Assembly (NCBI RefSeq): GCF_036502675.1
Contig: NZ_DASXYF010000098.1
Span: 1,118-65,117, forward strand
Length of the DNA stretch: 64,000 nucleotides
DNA from: Phenylobacterium sp.
GTDB lineage: Bacteria; Pseudomonadota; Alphaproteobacteria; Caulobacterales; Caulobacteraceae
Reading direction: 5' to 3'
Shown piece after piece: positions 1-10,922 of the stretch (position 1 is its first letter; each line of letters begins with the position of its first letter). The notes under the pieces were generated by a model that made no database searches, was not told where the DNA came from, and saw only the letters and a program-made list of their open reading frames with translations. The position numbers and the translations under genes were made by a program.

Positions 1-485
1 AGCGGGTCGGGACTGAGCATGGCGCGGAGCTGCAGGGTGTCGCCGCCGGCAAGCTCGCGCCGGGCCATGCCCATCACCATGCCGGAAACGAAGGCCATCT
101 CGTCGCCGCGCCGGCCGCCCTGCCGGTCATAGACCCCGTTCAGCAGGGCGTGGCCCATCAACATCCACCCGCCGCGCATGACGTGGACGCCGGCATGGAC
201 GGAGGCGTCGGGCCGCCAGGCGGTACCCGAGGCTTCGCGGGTCATCGGATAGGCGCCCAGCGCGCCGGTCATTTCGGGGGCGACGTGATCCATATCCATG
301 CCGGGCATGTCGCCGTGGTCCATCTCCGACATGTCGTGCTCAGAGGCGGGCGGGGCAGGCGCGGCGGGGGGCGTTTGCGCCGCCGGCGCGCGATGTTCGT
401 GCCCGGGCGTCGACAGCGCCTGTTGCGCGGCGGCCGGCGCGGCGACCAGCGCCAGGGCCGAGGCCGCAGAGAGGAGGCGGGTCAT
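1..485 (-). CDS. Exported Met/His-rich protein linked to copper locus (runs off the window start; not in the ORF track)
   Basis: Manual translation from ATG at 485: MTRLLSAASALALVAAPAAAQQ (signal peptide-like), EHDMSEMDHGDMPGMDMDH, MTREASGTAWRPD...MLSPDP. Open to position 1; ATG overlaps the csoR stop (ATGA). Confidence 0.75.
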   Translation of the reverse strand, partial: MTRLLSAASALALVAAPAAAQQALSTPGHEHRAPAAQTPPAAPAPPASEHDMSEMDHGDMPGMDMDHVAPEMTGALGAYPMTREASGTAWRPDASVHAGVHVMRGGWMLMGHALLNGVYDRQGGRRGDEMAFVSGMVMGMARRELAGGDTLQLRAMLSPDP

Positions 486-754
486 CGGGTGCGCCCCAGG
501 AGTTCGATCAGTTCGGCGGCCTTCCTGCGCTGCTCGTCCTTGTCGCCGCTGACGATGGCGCCCTCGATGCAGTGGCCAAGGTGTTCCTTCAGCATCTCGC
601 TCTCCACCTTGGCGAGCGCGGCGCGCACGGCCTGAAGCTGGGTGAGGACGTCGATGCAGTAGCGGTCGTCCCCGATCATCCGAGCAACGCCGCGCACCTG
701 GCCCTCGATCCGGTTCAGCCGGTTGAGCAGTTTCGGCTTGTTCTCGCGTTCCAC
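482..754 (-). CDS. csoR: CsoR/RcnR-family metal-sensing repressor
   Basis: RLNRIEGQVRG..DRYCIDVLTQL..EHLGHC (Cys-His-Cys Cu(I) ligands). GTG start at 754 preceded by AAGGAG; divergent from copA. Confidence 0.92.
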   Translation of the reverse strand: MERENKPKLLNRLNRIEGQVRGVARMIGDDRYCIDVLTQLQAVRAALAKVESEMLKEHLGHCIEGAIVSGDKDEQRRKAAELIELLGRTR

Positions 755-781
755 TGGCAAGACTCCTTCACGACCGCCCCG

Positions 782-861
782 ATATACCTCGCGGGGGTAA
801 TTGCAATATGCCCTAGACGGGTATATGCCGCCAGCCTCTATCATGCCCCAGAGAGGTATAT
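782..861. promoter_or_regulatory. Three CsoR-type operator boxes between csoR and copA
   Basis: ATATACCTCGCGGGGGTAAT (782-801), ATATGCCCTAGACGGGTATAT (806-826), CATGCCCCAGAGAGGTATAT (842-861): AT-flanked C-tract/G-tract pseudo-palindromes as in known CsoR operators. Confidence 0.7.
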
Positions 862-875
862 CGGCGGAGATTCCG

Positions 876-3089
<2,214 letters not shown>

Positions 3090-3090
3090 C

Positions 3091-3161
3091 CTAGCAAGTC
3101 TTTGAAATAGAGCGTGATGGTCGCCGGAACCGGCCCCCCACTTCCGGCCATCACGCTCTAG
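3091..3161. repeat. Palindromic intergenic element, copy 1 (partial); CIR/Bru-RS-like
   Basis: Perfect 13-bp stem TAGAGCGTGATGG (3108-3120)/CCATCACGCTCTA (3148-3160); near-identical to about 31785-31851; CTAG at both ends. Confidence 0.8.
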
Positions 3162-4267
3162 CCTAGCGCGGCCAGCAGCGCCGGAAGCGTGTCGCGGCCG
3201 AGCTGGTGGGAAGCCTGGGCCGACCAGCCGGCGACAGGATCGGGCGCCTCGAGGCTGTCCTTGAACGGCATCTCCAGCGTCAGGCCCACGGCGCCGAACC
3301 GGCGGGCGACGGCGCGGGTGCACATGCCAGGCGCCTCCTCGCCGCCGTAGGTGGGCGGATAGCCGACCGTGGTCTGGAAGGCCGGGCTGGCCTGCAGCAG
3401 GGCGGACTTGAAGCGGGCGACGCCCGCCGCCTGGGCCGGCGTCGTCTGCGGGTCCACGTCGGAGCCGTCGACGAAGACGTGCGGCAGGGTCTCGTCGCCA
3501 TGGACGTCGAGGCTGACGTCGACGCCGAACCGGTCCATGGCCGCGAGCACGGCCGCCACCTCCGGCGCGCGGGCCGGGTCGGGATCATGCCACTGGCGGT
3601 TCAGGTCGACGCCGGCGGCGTTGCCGCGCAGGTGGCCGCGCGCCGCGCCGTCGATGTTGACCAGCGGCGCCAGGTGCACCTGGGCGGCGGCGAGCAGCGA
3701 CGCGGCGACGGTGTCGGCGGGATCCAGCAGGCGGTCGAGCGCGCCCTCCATCCACCAGCTGGCCATGGTCTCGCCGGAATGCTGGCGGCCGACGATCCAG
3801 ACCTGGCGGGGGCCGGAGCCCAGGGTGACGCGGTCGATGGGCCGGCCGTCGACGGAGCGGCCGAGCACGTCCCGACGGCCGCCGTCGGACGCGGCGCGGG
3901 CCAGCAGCCGCTCGTGGCGCGCCAGGCCGTAGGGCGCGAAATAGGCGAACCAGACGGTGTCGGCCCGCGCCGCGTGGCGGATCTCCAGCACGCCGGCTTC
4001 ATAGCGGGTTTCGGTTCGCGTCCAGGCCTCGCCGTCCTCGCTGACGCAGGCGCGGTAGCCCGGCCAGCCGTCGGGATAGGCCGAGGCGCCGGCGTTGACG
4101 AGGCGCAGCGCAAGGTGCCGGCCGGCCGCGCCGCGGACCCGGAAGTAGAACCACTGGAACCAGGAGCCGTTGGCGTCCTGGCGGATCGCCAGGTCCGCGG
4201 CGGCCTCGCCCGCCGACCGGACGAGGATGTTGCCGCATTCGAAGCCGGCGTCGATCTGCAGGGCCAA
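3158..4267 (-). CDS. M14-family zinc carboxypeptidase (cytosolic type)
   Basis: FECGNI and FQWFYFR N-domain, RQHSGE (HxxE), GVDLNR, DVHGDE, TLEMPFKD. Confidence 0.88.
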   Translation of the reverse strand: MALQIDAGFECGNILVRSAGEAAADLAIRQDANGSWFQWFYFRVRGAAGRHLALRLVNAGASAYPDGWPGYRACVSEDGEAWTRTETRYEAGVLEIRHAARADTVWFAYFAPYGLARHERLLARAASDGGRRDVLGRSVDGRPIDRVTLGSGPRQVWIVGRQHSGETMASWWMEGALDRLLDPADTVAASLLAAAQVHLAPLVNIDGAARGHLRGNAAGVDLNRQWHDPDPARAPEVAAVLAAMDRFGVDVSLDVHGDETLPHVFVDGSDVDPQTTPAQAAGVARFKSALLQASPAFQTTVGYPPTYGGEEAPGMCTRAVARRFGAVGLTLEMPFKDSLEAPDPVAGWSAQASHQLGRDTLPALLAALG

Positions 4268-4402
4268 ACCGTCCTCCTGAGGTCACGGGCGCGGAGCTGG
4301 AACGCGCAGGGCTGGTTGCGGCTTCATAGCAGGCGGCGGCCGTGGCGCTGGTGAGGCGGCCTTTGCGCCGTGGCGTCCCTGGACGTGCAAGGAGAACTCC
4401 CA

Positions 4403-4594
4403 ATGTCCAAGCTCATCGCCACCTTCGCCATCGCCACGCTGCTCGCCGCCGGAGGGGCCGGCGCGGCGGCGGCCAAGACCTGCCACGACGCCAAGGGCAA
4501 GTTCGTCGCCTGCGCCGCCGCGCCCGCCGCCAAGAAGGTCTGCAAGGACGCCAAGGGCAAGTTCATGAAGTGCCCCGCGCACGCCGCAAGATAG
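4403..4594 (+). CDS. Small exported protein with two CxDAKGKFxxC repeats
   Basis: AAGGAG RBS, signal peptide-like N-terminus, CHDAKGKFVAC and CKDAKGKFMKC; GC-rich third codon positions. Confidence 0.8.
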   Translation: MSKLIATFAIATLLAAGGAGAAAAKTCHDAKGKFVACAAAPAAKKVCKDAKGKFMKCPAHAAR

Positions 4595-4621
4595 CTTCGT
4601 CCCGCACCGGGCGCGCGGCCT

Positions 4622-7054
4622 TCAGAACCGCCCCCGGAGCTGGACCCCGACGGTCACGGGCCTGAGCGGGGTCGAGACCGCGTCGCGGCCCAGGCGGAAC
4701 GGGTTGCCGAAGGCGAAGGTGTCGGCGCGGGTGTCGAAAGGATTGTCGACGAACAGGGTCGCCTCGTAGCGCGCGGAGGCGATCGTGGCCGAGACCTTGC
4801 CGGTGGCGTAGTCGCCCATGCGCTGGGGCAGCTGGGCCGAAAAGCTCAGGAAGGACGAGCCCACGTAGGAGACATTGCCGTCGAGCGTAAGCTCGAGCCC
4901 CGACCAGAGCGGGTGCGTGTAGCGCAGGCCCATGCTGGCCGAGCCGCCCGGCACGCCCGGCAGGCCGGTGTCGCGTCGAGAATCGAAGGCGGGGTTGCGG
5001 GAGACCAGTTCCGGCTCAGCGATCAGGCCAGCCGCCGTCAGCGTCAGGCGGTGCGAGAGGCGCCAGGCGATCTCGGCCTCGAGGCCCGGGTCCGAACCGT
5101 CCCCCACATTGACGGCGTACGGCAGACCGGAGCTCAGGAACTGGTCGCTCTGAATATGACGCCAGCGCGCGAAGAAGGCGGCCAGGCGCACGGCGAGCCG
5201 GCCGTCCAGCAGGCGCAGCTTCGCCCCGGCCTCGTAGTTCCACAGTTCGTCGAAGTCGAACTCCCGCGCCGGGTCGCCCAGCGCGCCGTCGAAGGCCTGG
5301 CCTGTGGGTCCCGCGGTGTTGAAGCCGCCCGGCCGATAGCCTTCGGTGACCTGGGCGTAGAGGGTGGCCGTGTCACGCCACTGATATCGTACGGCGAGCT
5401 TGGGCGAGAGGCCCTTGGCGCTGCTCGAGCCGTTGAAGAGCCGCGTCGCCGGGCCCAGGACGACGTCGGAGTCCGTGTCGAAGGTGAAGCGGAACCAGCG
5501 CACGCCCGCCGTGACGTCGAGACGCGGCATGAGGTCGTAGGTAACCTCGCCATAGACCGCCAGCTCGCCGATGGAGTCCGTGCGGTGCTCGCCGTAGACC
5601 TCCGTGGGCGTCGGCCTGCGGGTAAGGTCCATCGTGCTGGCGACCTCCCCCACCGAGGCGAAGGCGCCGCCCAGCCAGCGCAGCCGGCCGGCCTTGGGCG
5701 AGGCGTAGGCGAGCTCGGAGACCAGGATCTCGATGTGCCGGCGGTCGTCGAGCACCCCGACGCCGGGCGCGCCGGCCAGCATCGGCATGACGGCGGTGGC
5801 GTCGTAGCGGCTGTCCAGCACGTGGCGCAGCCCCGCCGCCGACCAGGTGACGTGGCCCCAGCGTCCACGGCCTTCGACGGTGGCCGAGACCTCGTCGAAG
5901 TCGTTGTCGTGCGGCTCCTGGACCCGGCTCGCGCGTTGAAAACGCCCAAGGCCGCGGGTGACATACTGGGTGTCGCTGTCGTTGATGGACTGATGCACGC
6001 CGGCCAGGGTGACCGTCCATTCCGGGCTGACCTCGACGCCGAGCGCCAGCCGGGCGCCGTCGCGCGTGACCCGGTTCACATGGCGCAGGCCCAGCGTCAC
6101 GTCGGTCAGGTAGCCGCTGCCGCGCTCCCGATAGACGACGCCGCGCAGCGCCACGCGGCCGGCGACGACCGGGACGTTGCCGACGATCTCGACCTCGTCG
6201 TTCAGCCCGCCGGAGCGGGTGCCCGACACTCCGAGCATCACCGAGCCCGCCAGGTCGTCCGGATCCGGCTTGTTGGTGACGATGCGGACGATGCCGCCGA
6301 TGGAGCCGGAGCCGTAGAGGGTGCCCTGCGGTCCGCGCATCACCTCCACGCGGGCGACGTCGATCAGGCGCAGGTCCGGGTTGGGGGCGTTGTAGGTCAC
6401 CGGCACGTCGTCCAGGTAGAGGCCGACGGTGGACTGGGTGAGGCCAGTGAAGACCCCGTCCGATATCCCGCGCAGCAGCACCTTGTCGCGGCCAGGCCCT
6501 AGGTTGGTGACGGTCATGCCCGCCACCCGCGATGCGAGCTCGCGCAGGTCCTCCGTGCTGGTGGTCTGCAGGTCGTCGCCGGTGGCGGCGGTGACGGCGT
6601 AGGGCGCGCGCCCGGCGAGCTCCGCCCTGCGGCCCGAGGTGACGACAAGCTCGGAGACCACCGGCGGGGGCTCGGACGGCGGCTCGGGCGCCGGCGCGGG
6701 CGGCGATGAGGACCGGGGGGGCGCCGGCTCGATCAGCACCGTGCTGCGATCCGGCAGGACGTAGCGGCAGCCCGATCCCGCCACGAGGGCGTCGAGCGCC
6801 GCGGTGAGGCGCATGCGGCCGTGGAGGCGGCGGGCCTCGCCCTGGCAGGTGGTGAGCGCGCCGCCCAGGGAGACGTCGGCCTGCAGGGCCAGCTCGAGGA
6901 GCGCCGAGGCGGTGGGCTGGGCGGCGATGTTGAAGCGCACCGCGCGTGCGCCCGGCTCGGCGGCCAGGGCGGCATGCGGGAGGGCGGCGGCCGCAGCGGC
7001 CAGCGCCGCCGCATGTCCCCAGCGCCGCCGCCCGGTTGCTCCGCTAGTGGGCAC
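4622..7054 (-). CDS. TonB-dependent receptor with N-terminal signalling (STN) domain
   Basis: FNIAAQP..ALLELALQA STN domain, ELVVT TonB box, RVEVMRGPQGTLYG plug, C-terminal Phe. Confidence 0.92.
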   Translation of the reverse strand: MPTSGATGRRRWGHAAALAAAAAALPHAALAAEPGARAVRFNIAAQPTASALLELALQADVSLGGALTTCQGEARRLHGRMRLTAALDALVAGSGCRYVLPDRSTVLIEPAPPRSSSPPAPAPEPPSEPPPVVSELVVTSGRRAELAGRAPYAVTAATGDDLQTTSTEDLRELASRVAGMTVTNLGPGRDKVLLRGISDGVFTGLTQSTVGLYLDDVPVTYNAPNPDLRLIDVARVEVMRGPQGTLYGSGSIGGIVRIVTNKPDPDDLAGSVMLGVSGTRSGGLNDEVEIVGNVPVVAGRVALRGVVYRERGSGYLTDVTLGLRHVNRVTRDGARLALGVEVSPEWTVTLAGVHQSINDSDTQYVTRGLGRFQRASRVQEPHDNDFDEVSATVEGRGRWGHVTWSAAGLRHVLDSRYDATAVMPMLAGAPGVGVLDDRRHIEILVSELAYASPKAGRLRWLGGAFASVGEVASTMDLTRRPTPTEVYGEHRTDSIGELAVYGEVTYDLMPRLDVTAGVRWFRFTFDTDSDVVLGPATRLFNGSSSAKGLSPKLAVRYQWRDTATLYAQVTEGYRPGGFNTAGPTGQAFDGALGDPAREFDFDELWNYEAGAKLRLLDGRLAVRLAAFFARWRHIQSDQFLSSGLPYAVNVGDGSDPGLEAEIAWRLSHRLTLTAAGLIAEPELVSRNPAFDSRRDTGLPGVPGGSASMGLRYTHPLWSGLELTLDGNVSYVGSSFLSFSAQLPQRMGDYATGKVSATIASARYEATLFVDNPFDTRADTFAFGNPFRLGRDAVSTPLRPVTVGVQLRGRF

Positions 7055-8015
7055 GCGCCCTGAGCCGGATTTCCGTCGCGCTCCGCTCGACCGAGATCGG
7101 CATGAAGGTCTCCAGCCTGGCCAACATCGCGTCCAGCGTATCGACGCTGAGCGTTCCCGTGAAGCGCAGGCGTTGGGCGGCGGGCTCGACGCGGACCGGC
7201 AACCTGGAATGACGCGAGAGATCGGCGGCGACCTCGGCCAGCGGCCGGTCGCGGTACACCAGCGCGCCGCGCTTCCAGGCGAAGGCGTCGTCGGCGCTGA
7301 CCTGGGTGACGGCGGATTGGGACGAACCCTCCCGATGTTCGAACTGCTGACCGGGGGTGAGCCGGTGCTCGGCCCCGCCGTCGCCGGCCACGGCGACCAC
7401 GCCGCGGCGGACGGTCACCCGCACCTGGCCCGACTGGCGCAGGACGTTGAACTCGGTGCCCACCACGCGGACGGTGCGGTCGCCCACCGCCACCAGGAAC
7501 GGACGGGCCGGGTCGTGGGCGACGTCGAAGGCCGCCTCGCCGCGGACCAGGGCCACGGCGCGGGTCCCGGGCGCCAGGCGCACCTCCACCCGCGAGGCGG
7601 CGTCGAGGTCGATGCGCGAGCCGTCGGCCAGCGGAATGGCGCGGATCTCGCCGGGCGCCGTCTCGTAGACATCCGCCGGCGGAGGGTCGGGCGCCTGGGG
7701 CCGAAGCTGCCTGACGCCGATCCCCACCGCCAGGCAGGCCGCGATCGGCGCGCCCCAGCGCAGGAATGTCCGCCGGTGGAGCGGCGGCGGGGCCACGGAC
7801 CGGGGCTGGAACGGGACCACGGTCGAGTCCGCCGCGTCGTCCAGGTCGACCCAGAGGCCCTCGACCTCGTCGTAGGCGACGCGGTTCGCAGGGCCCGCCT
7901 CCAGCCAGGCGCGGAAGGCGATCCAGTCGTCCTCGGCCACGTCGCCGCCCTGCAGCCGCACGAACCAGGCGACGGCCTGGTCCCGGATGGCGGCGGTGGA
8001 AGACGGCGGGCTCAT
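7044..8015 (-). CDS. fecR: FecR-family anti-sigma/transmembrane sensor
   Basis: DQAVAWFVRL..WLEA, single TM, LADGSRIDL, GEAAFDVAHDPARPF, VVGTEFNV. Confidence 0.92.
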   Translation of the reverse strand: MSPPSSTAAIRDQAVAWFVRLQGGDVAEDDWIAFRAWLEAGPANRVAYDEVEGLWVDLDDAADSTVVPFQPRSVAPPPLHRRTFLRWGAPIAACLAVGIGVRQLRPQAPDPPPADVYETAPGEIRAIPLADGSRIDLDAASRVEVRLAPGTRAVALVRGEAAFDVAHDPARPFLVAVGDRTVRVVGTEFNVLRQSGQVRVTVRRGVVAVAGDGGAEHRLTPGQQFEHREGSSQSAVTQVSADDAFAWKRGALVYRDRPLAEVAADLSRHSRLPVRVEPAAQRLRFTGTLSVDTLDAMLARLETFMPISVERSATEIRLRARAH

Positions 8016-8124
8016 GCGTTCGACCTCGGCGCCGCAGGGGAAAGCCGCGGCGTCCGATGAGATGACGGCGCCGTAATGTTGCAACCTCCACAGAACCTGC
8101 GCGACAGTGGCGTAATTGTTACAG

Positions 8125-8652
8125 TCACGCCTGCCTCCGCTCCAGCAGACGCTTGAGCGCCGTGATCATGTGCTTCTCGACGGCGCTCTTGGAGACGCCC
8201 AGCCGGGCGGCGGTCTCCGCATGGCTCAACCCCTCCAGCTTGTGCATGCGGAAGACCCGCTGGGTCTGCGGCGGCAGGGTCTCCACCGTCGCCAGCACCC
8301 GCTCCAGCCGCTGCCGGGCGGCGAGCGCCGCCTCGGCGTCGGGCTCCTCGTTCACCGCCTCGCTGGCGGCGACGGTGGTGTTGGCCTCGCGCCAGGCGCC
8401 GTCGCGGGCGGCGGCCCGGCGCTGCTGGCGCAGGCGGTCGAGCATGACGTTGGCGGCCAGGCGGTAGAGGTAGGCCCCGGGGCTGCGCAGCTCCGCCGGC
8501 GGCGTGGCGTCCGCCGTCTTCAGGTATAGGTCCTGCAGCAGGTCGTCGGCCTCGGAGGCCGAGCCGGTGCGGGCGAGGAAGAAGCGGCGCAGCTCGTCCC
8601 GACGCTCGAAGTAGGCCGCCAGGAGCGGCGTCGCCTGGCCCTTGTCCTGCAC
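8125..8652 (-). CDS. ECF sigma-70 factor (FecI-like)
   Basis: ADDLLQDLYL, AYLYRLAAN, LPPQTQRVF, GLSHAETAARLGVSKSAVEKH. GTG start at 8652 is inferred. Confidence 0.9.
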   Translation of the reverse strand: MQDKGQATPLLAAYFERRDELRRFFLARTGSASEADDLLQDLYLKTADATPPAELRSPGAYLYRLAANVMLDRLRQQRRAAARDGAWREANTTVAASEAVNEEPDAEAALAARQRLERVLATVETLPPQTQRVFRMHKLEGLSHAETAARLGVSKSAVEKHMITALKRLLERRQA

Positions 8653-8838
8653 GTTCGCTGCGTTCCCTCGACGCCGGCGCGAGGTCGGCTGCGGAGGAGC
8701 CATAGCGCAGGGTCTCGCGCACAGCCATCGCCAACCTCGCGCAGCCGCAAGCACCGCCCTGAGGCGCCATGCGGCCCGCGGCGTCTCAGCTGCAACGGGG
8801 GCGAGGGCGTCGGGCTTCGGCGCCGAACGGTGCGGTGA

Positions 8839-9495
8839 ATGCGGATAGTCTGCGACTTCGACGGAACGATCACCCTCAGCGACACCACCGACGCCGTGCT
8901 GGAAGCGCTGGCCGACCCGGCCTGGGAGGCGGTGGAGGCCGACTGGCGGGCCGGGCGGATCAGCGCGGCGCGCTGCATGCGCCGGCAGATCGCCCTGCTG
9001 CGCGCCGACGACGCAGCGGTGGACGCAGTGCTGGACGCCCAGGTCCTCGACCCCGGGTTCGCGGCGTTCGTCGCCTGGTGCGAGGCGCGCGACCTGCCGG
9101 TCTCCGTCGTCAGCGACGGGGTCGACCACTTCATCCGCCGGATCCTGGCGCGCCACGGGCTGGAGCGGCTGCCGGTGGTCTCCAATGTGCTCGCCGGGCG
9201 CGCACCGCAGCGCAGGCTTCGCCAGCCCTGGCGGCGGGAGGGCTGCGCGGCGGGGTCCGGCGTCTGCAAGTGCGCCGCCGCCGCCACGGACGACCGGCCG
9301 CTGGTGTTCGTGGGCGACGGCCGCTCGGATTTCTGCCTCTCCGGACGGGCCGACATCCTGTTCGCCAAGGGCGAGCTCGCCGTCTACGCGGCCGGCCGCG
9401 ACCGGCCCTTCCACCCTTTCGAGACCTTCCACGACGTGACCGCGACGCTGGAAGCCCTGCTGGCCGCCGGGCCGGCCCGCGCCGCCGCCCTCTGA
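8839..9495 (+). CDS. HAD-IB phosphatase, MtnX-like
   Basis: DFDGTIT, VSDG, GVCKC, GDGRSD..FAK. Confidence 0.85.
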   Translation: MRIVCDFDGTITLSDTTDAVLEALADPAWEAVEADWRAGRISAARCMRRQIALLRADDAAVDAVLDAQVLDPGFAAFVAWCEARDLPVSVVSDGVDHFIRRILARHGLERLPVVSNVLAGRAPQRRLRQPWRREGCAAGSGVCKCAAAATDDRPLVFVGDGRSDFCLSGRADILFAKGELAVYAAGRDRPFHPFETFHDVTATLEALLAAGPARAAAL

Positions 9496-9514
9496 CCTCC
9501 AGACAGGACCCCCC

Positions 9515-10912
9515 ATGTACGACGCCGCCCTCGACCATCCGCTCGACGAAGCCGAACTCCGCCGCCTGGAGGCGGAGTACTGCTCCTGGGGCGACACGGT
9601 GCATTACATGCCCGAGCCGAAGTTCTTCGAGAGCTGCGAAGGCTCGTTCCTCCACGACGCCGAGGGCCGCAGCTTCCTGGACCTGCAGATGTGGTACTCG
9701 GCGGTCAACTTCGGCTACCGCAATCCGCGCCTGAACGCCGCCGCCCATCGGCAGCTCGACCGGCTGCCGCAGGTGGCCTCGCAATACCTGCACCGCGAGA
9801 AGGTGGAGCTGGCCGCGATGATCGCCCGCGACGCCGAGGCCAAGTTCGGCGCCAAGGGCCGGGTGCACTTCAACGTCGGCGGGGCCCAGGCGATCGAGGA
9901 TTCGCTGAAGCTGGTGCGCAACGCCTGCGGTGGGAAAAGCCTGATGTTCGCCTTCGAGGGCGGCTACCACGGCCGCACCCTGGGCGCCTCGGCGATCACC
10001 TCGTCCTACCGCTACCGCCGGCGCTTCGGCCACTTCGGCGAGCGGGCGCAGTTCATCGAGTTCCCGTACCACTTCCGCGGCCCCAAGGGCATGAGCAAGG
10101 AGGAGTACGGCCACCTCTGCGTGCAGAAGTTCGCCCGGCTGTTCGAGACGGAATACAACGGCGTCCTCGACACCAAGACCGGCCAGGCGGAGTTCGCCGC
10201 CTTCTACGTGGAGCCGATCCAGGGGACCGGCGGCTATGTGGTGCCGCCGCCCAATTTCTTCGTCGAGCTGAAGGCCGTCCTCGACCGCTACGGCATATTG
10301 CTGGTGGTGGACGAGGTGCAGATGGGCTTCTTCCGCACCGGCAAGCTGTGGTCGATCGAGCACTTCGGCGTGCAGCCCGACATCCTGGTGTTCGGCAAGG
10401 CGCTGACCAACGGGCTCAATCCGCTGTCGGGGCTGTGGGCCAAGGAGGCGCTGATCAACCCGACGGTGTTCCCGCCGGGCTCCACTCACTCGACCTTCAA
10501 CGCCAACCCCATGGGCACGGCGGTGGCGCTGGAGGCCATGAAGATGATGGCCGAGGGCGACTACGCGACCCAGGTCGCCGCCAAGGGCGCCTACTTCCTG
10601 CAGGGGCTGCGCGAGCTGCAGGCCCGCTGGCCGCAGATCGGCGACGTGGACGGCCTGGGCCTGGCCCTGCGCGCCGAGATCTGCGAGGCCGACGGCTTCA
10701 CCCCCGCCAAGGCCCTGCTCGACCGGATGTGCGAGGAGGGGATGAAGGGCGACCTTGAGGCGGGCGGCCGCCGCCTGGGCCTGGTGCTCGACGTGGGCGG
10801 CTACCACAAGAACGTCATCACCCTGGCCCCCTCCCTCGAGATCAGTTTCGAGGAGATCGACCTGGCCCTGGAGCTCATCGACGCCCTCCTGCGCCGGTGC
10901 GTGAGCGGCTGA
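9515..10912 (+). CDS. Class III PLP-dependent aminotransferase
   Basis: GGYHGRT, EPIQGTGG, VDEVQMGFFRTG, FGKAL (PLP Lys), HSTFNANP. Confidence 0.93.
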   Translation: MYDAALDHPLDEAELRRLEAEYCSWGDTVHYMPEPKFFESCEGSFLHDAEGRSFLDLQMWYSAVNFGYRNPRLNAAAHRQLDRLPQVASQYLHREKVELAAMIARDAEAKFGAKGRVHFNVGGAQAIEDSLKLVRNACGGKSLMFAFEGGYHGRTLGASAITSSYRYRRRFGHFGERAQFIEFPYHFRGPKGMSKEEYGHLCVQKFARLFETEYNGVLDTKTGQAEFAAFYVEPIQGTGGYVVPPPNFFVELKAVLDRYGILLVVDEVQMGFFRTGKLWSIEHFGVQPDILVFGKALTNGLNPLSGLWAKEALINPTVFPPGSTHSTFNANPMGTAVALEAMKMMAEGDYATQVAAKGAYFLQGLRELQARWPQIGDVDGLGLALRAEICEADGFTPAKALLDRMCEEGMKGDLEAGGRRLGLVLDVGGYHKNVITLAPSLEISFEEIDLALELIDALLRRCVSG

Positions 10913-10922
10913 GGCGCGGGCG

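Noticed and set aside
801-875. TTG start of copA at 801
   Set aside because: Runs through the operator boxes; ATG 876 has a GGAG RBS.
4480-4570. 18-bp direct repeat as a mini-CRISPR
   Set aside because: Only two copies, in frame within a coding sequence, and no cas genes.
8839-9495. MtnX-like gene plus distant mtnN read as a methionine salvage pathway
   Set aside because: No mtnA/B/D/K/W in the window, the two genes are about 47 kb apart, and the HAD heads a different operon.
8653-9597. N-terminal extension of the sigma factor ORF (490 aa in the track)
   Set aside because: Overlaps the HAD gene on the opposite strand; the sigma domain occupies only 8125-8652.
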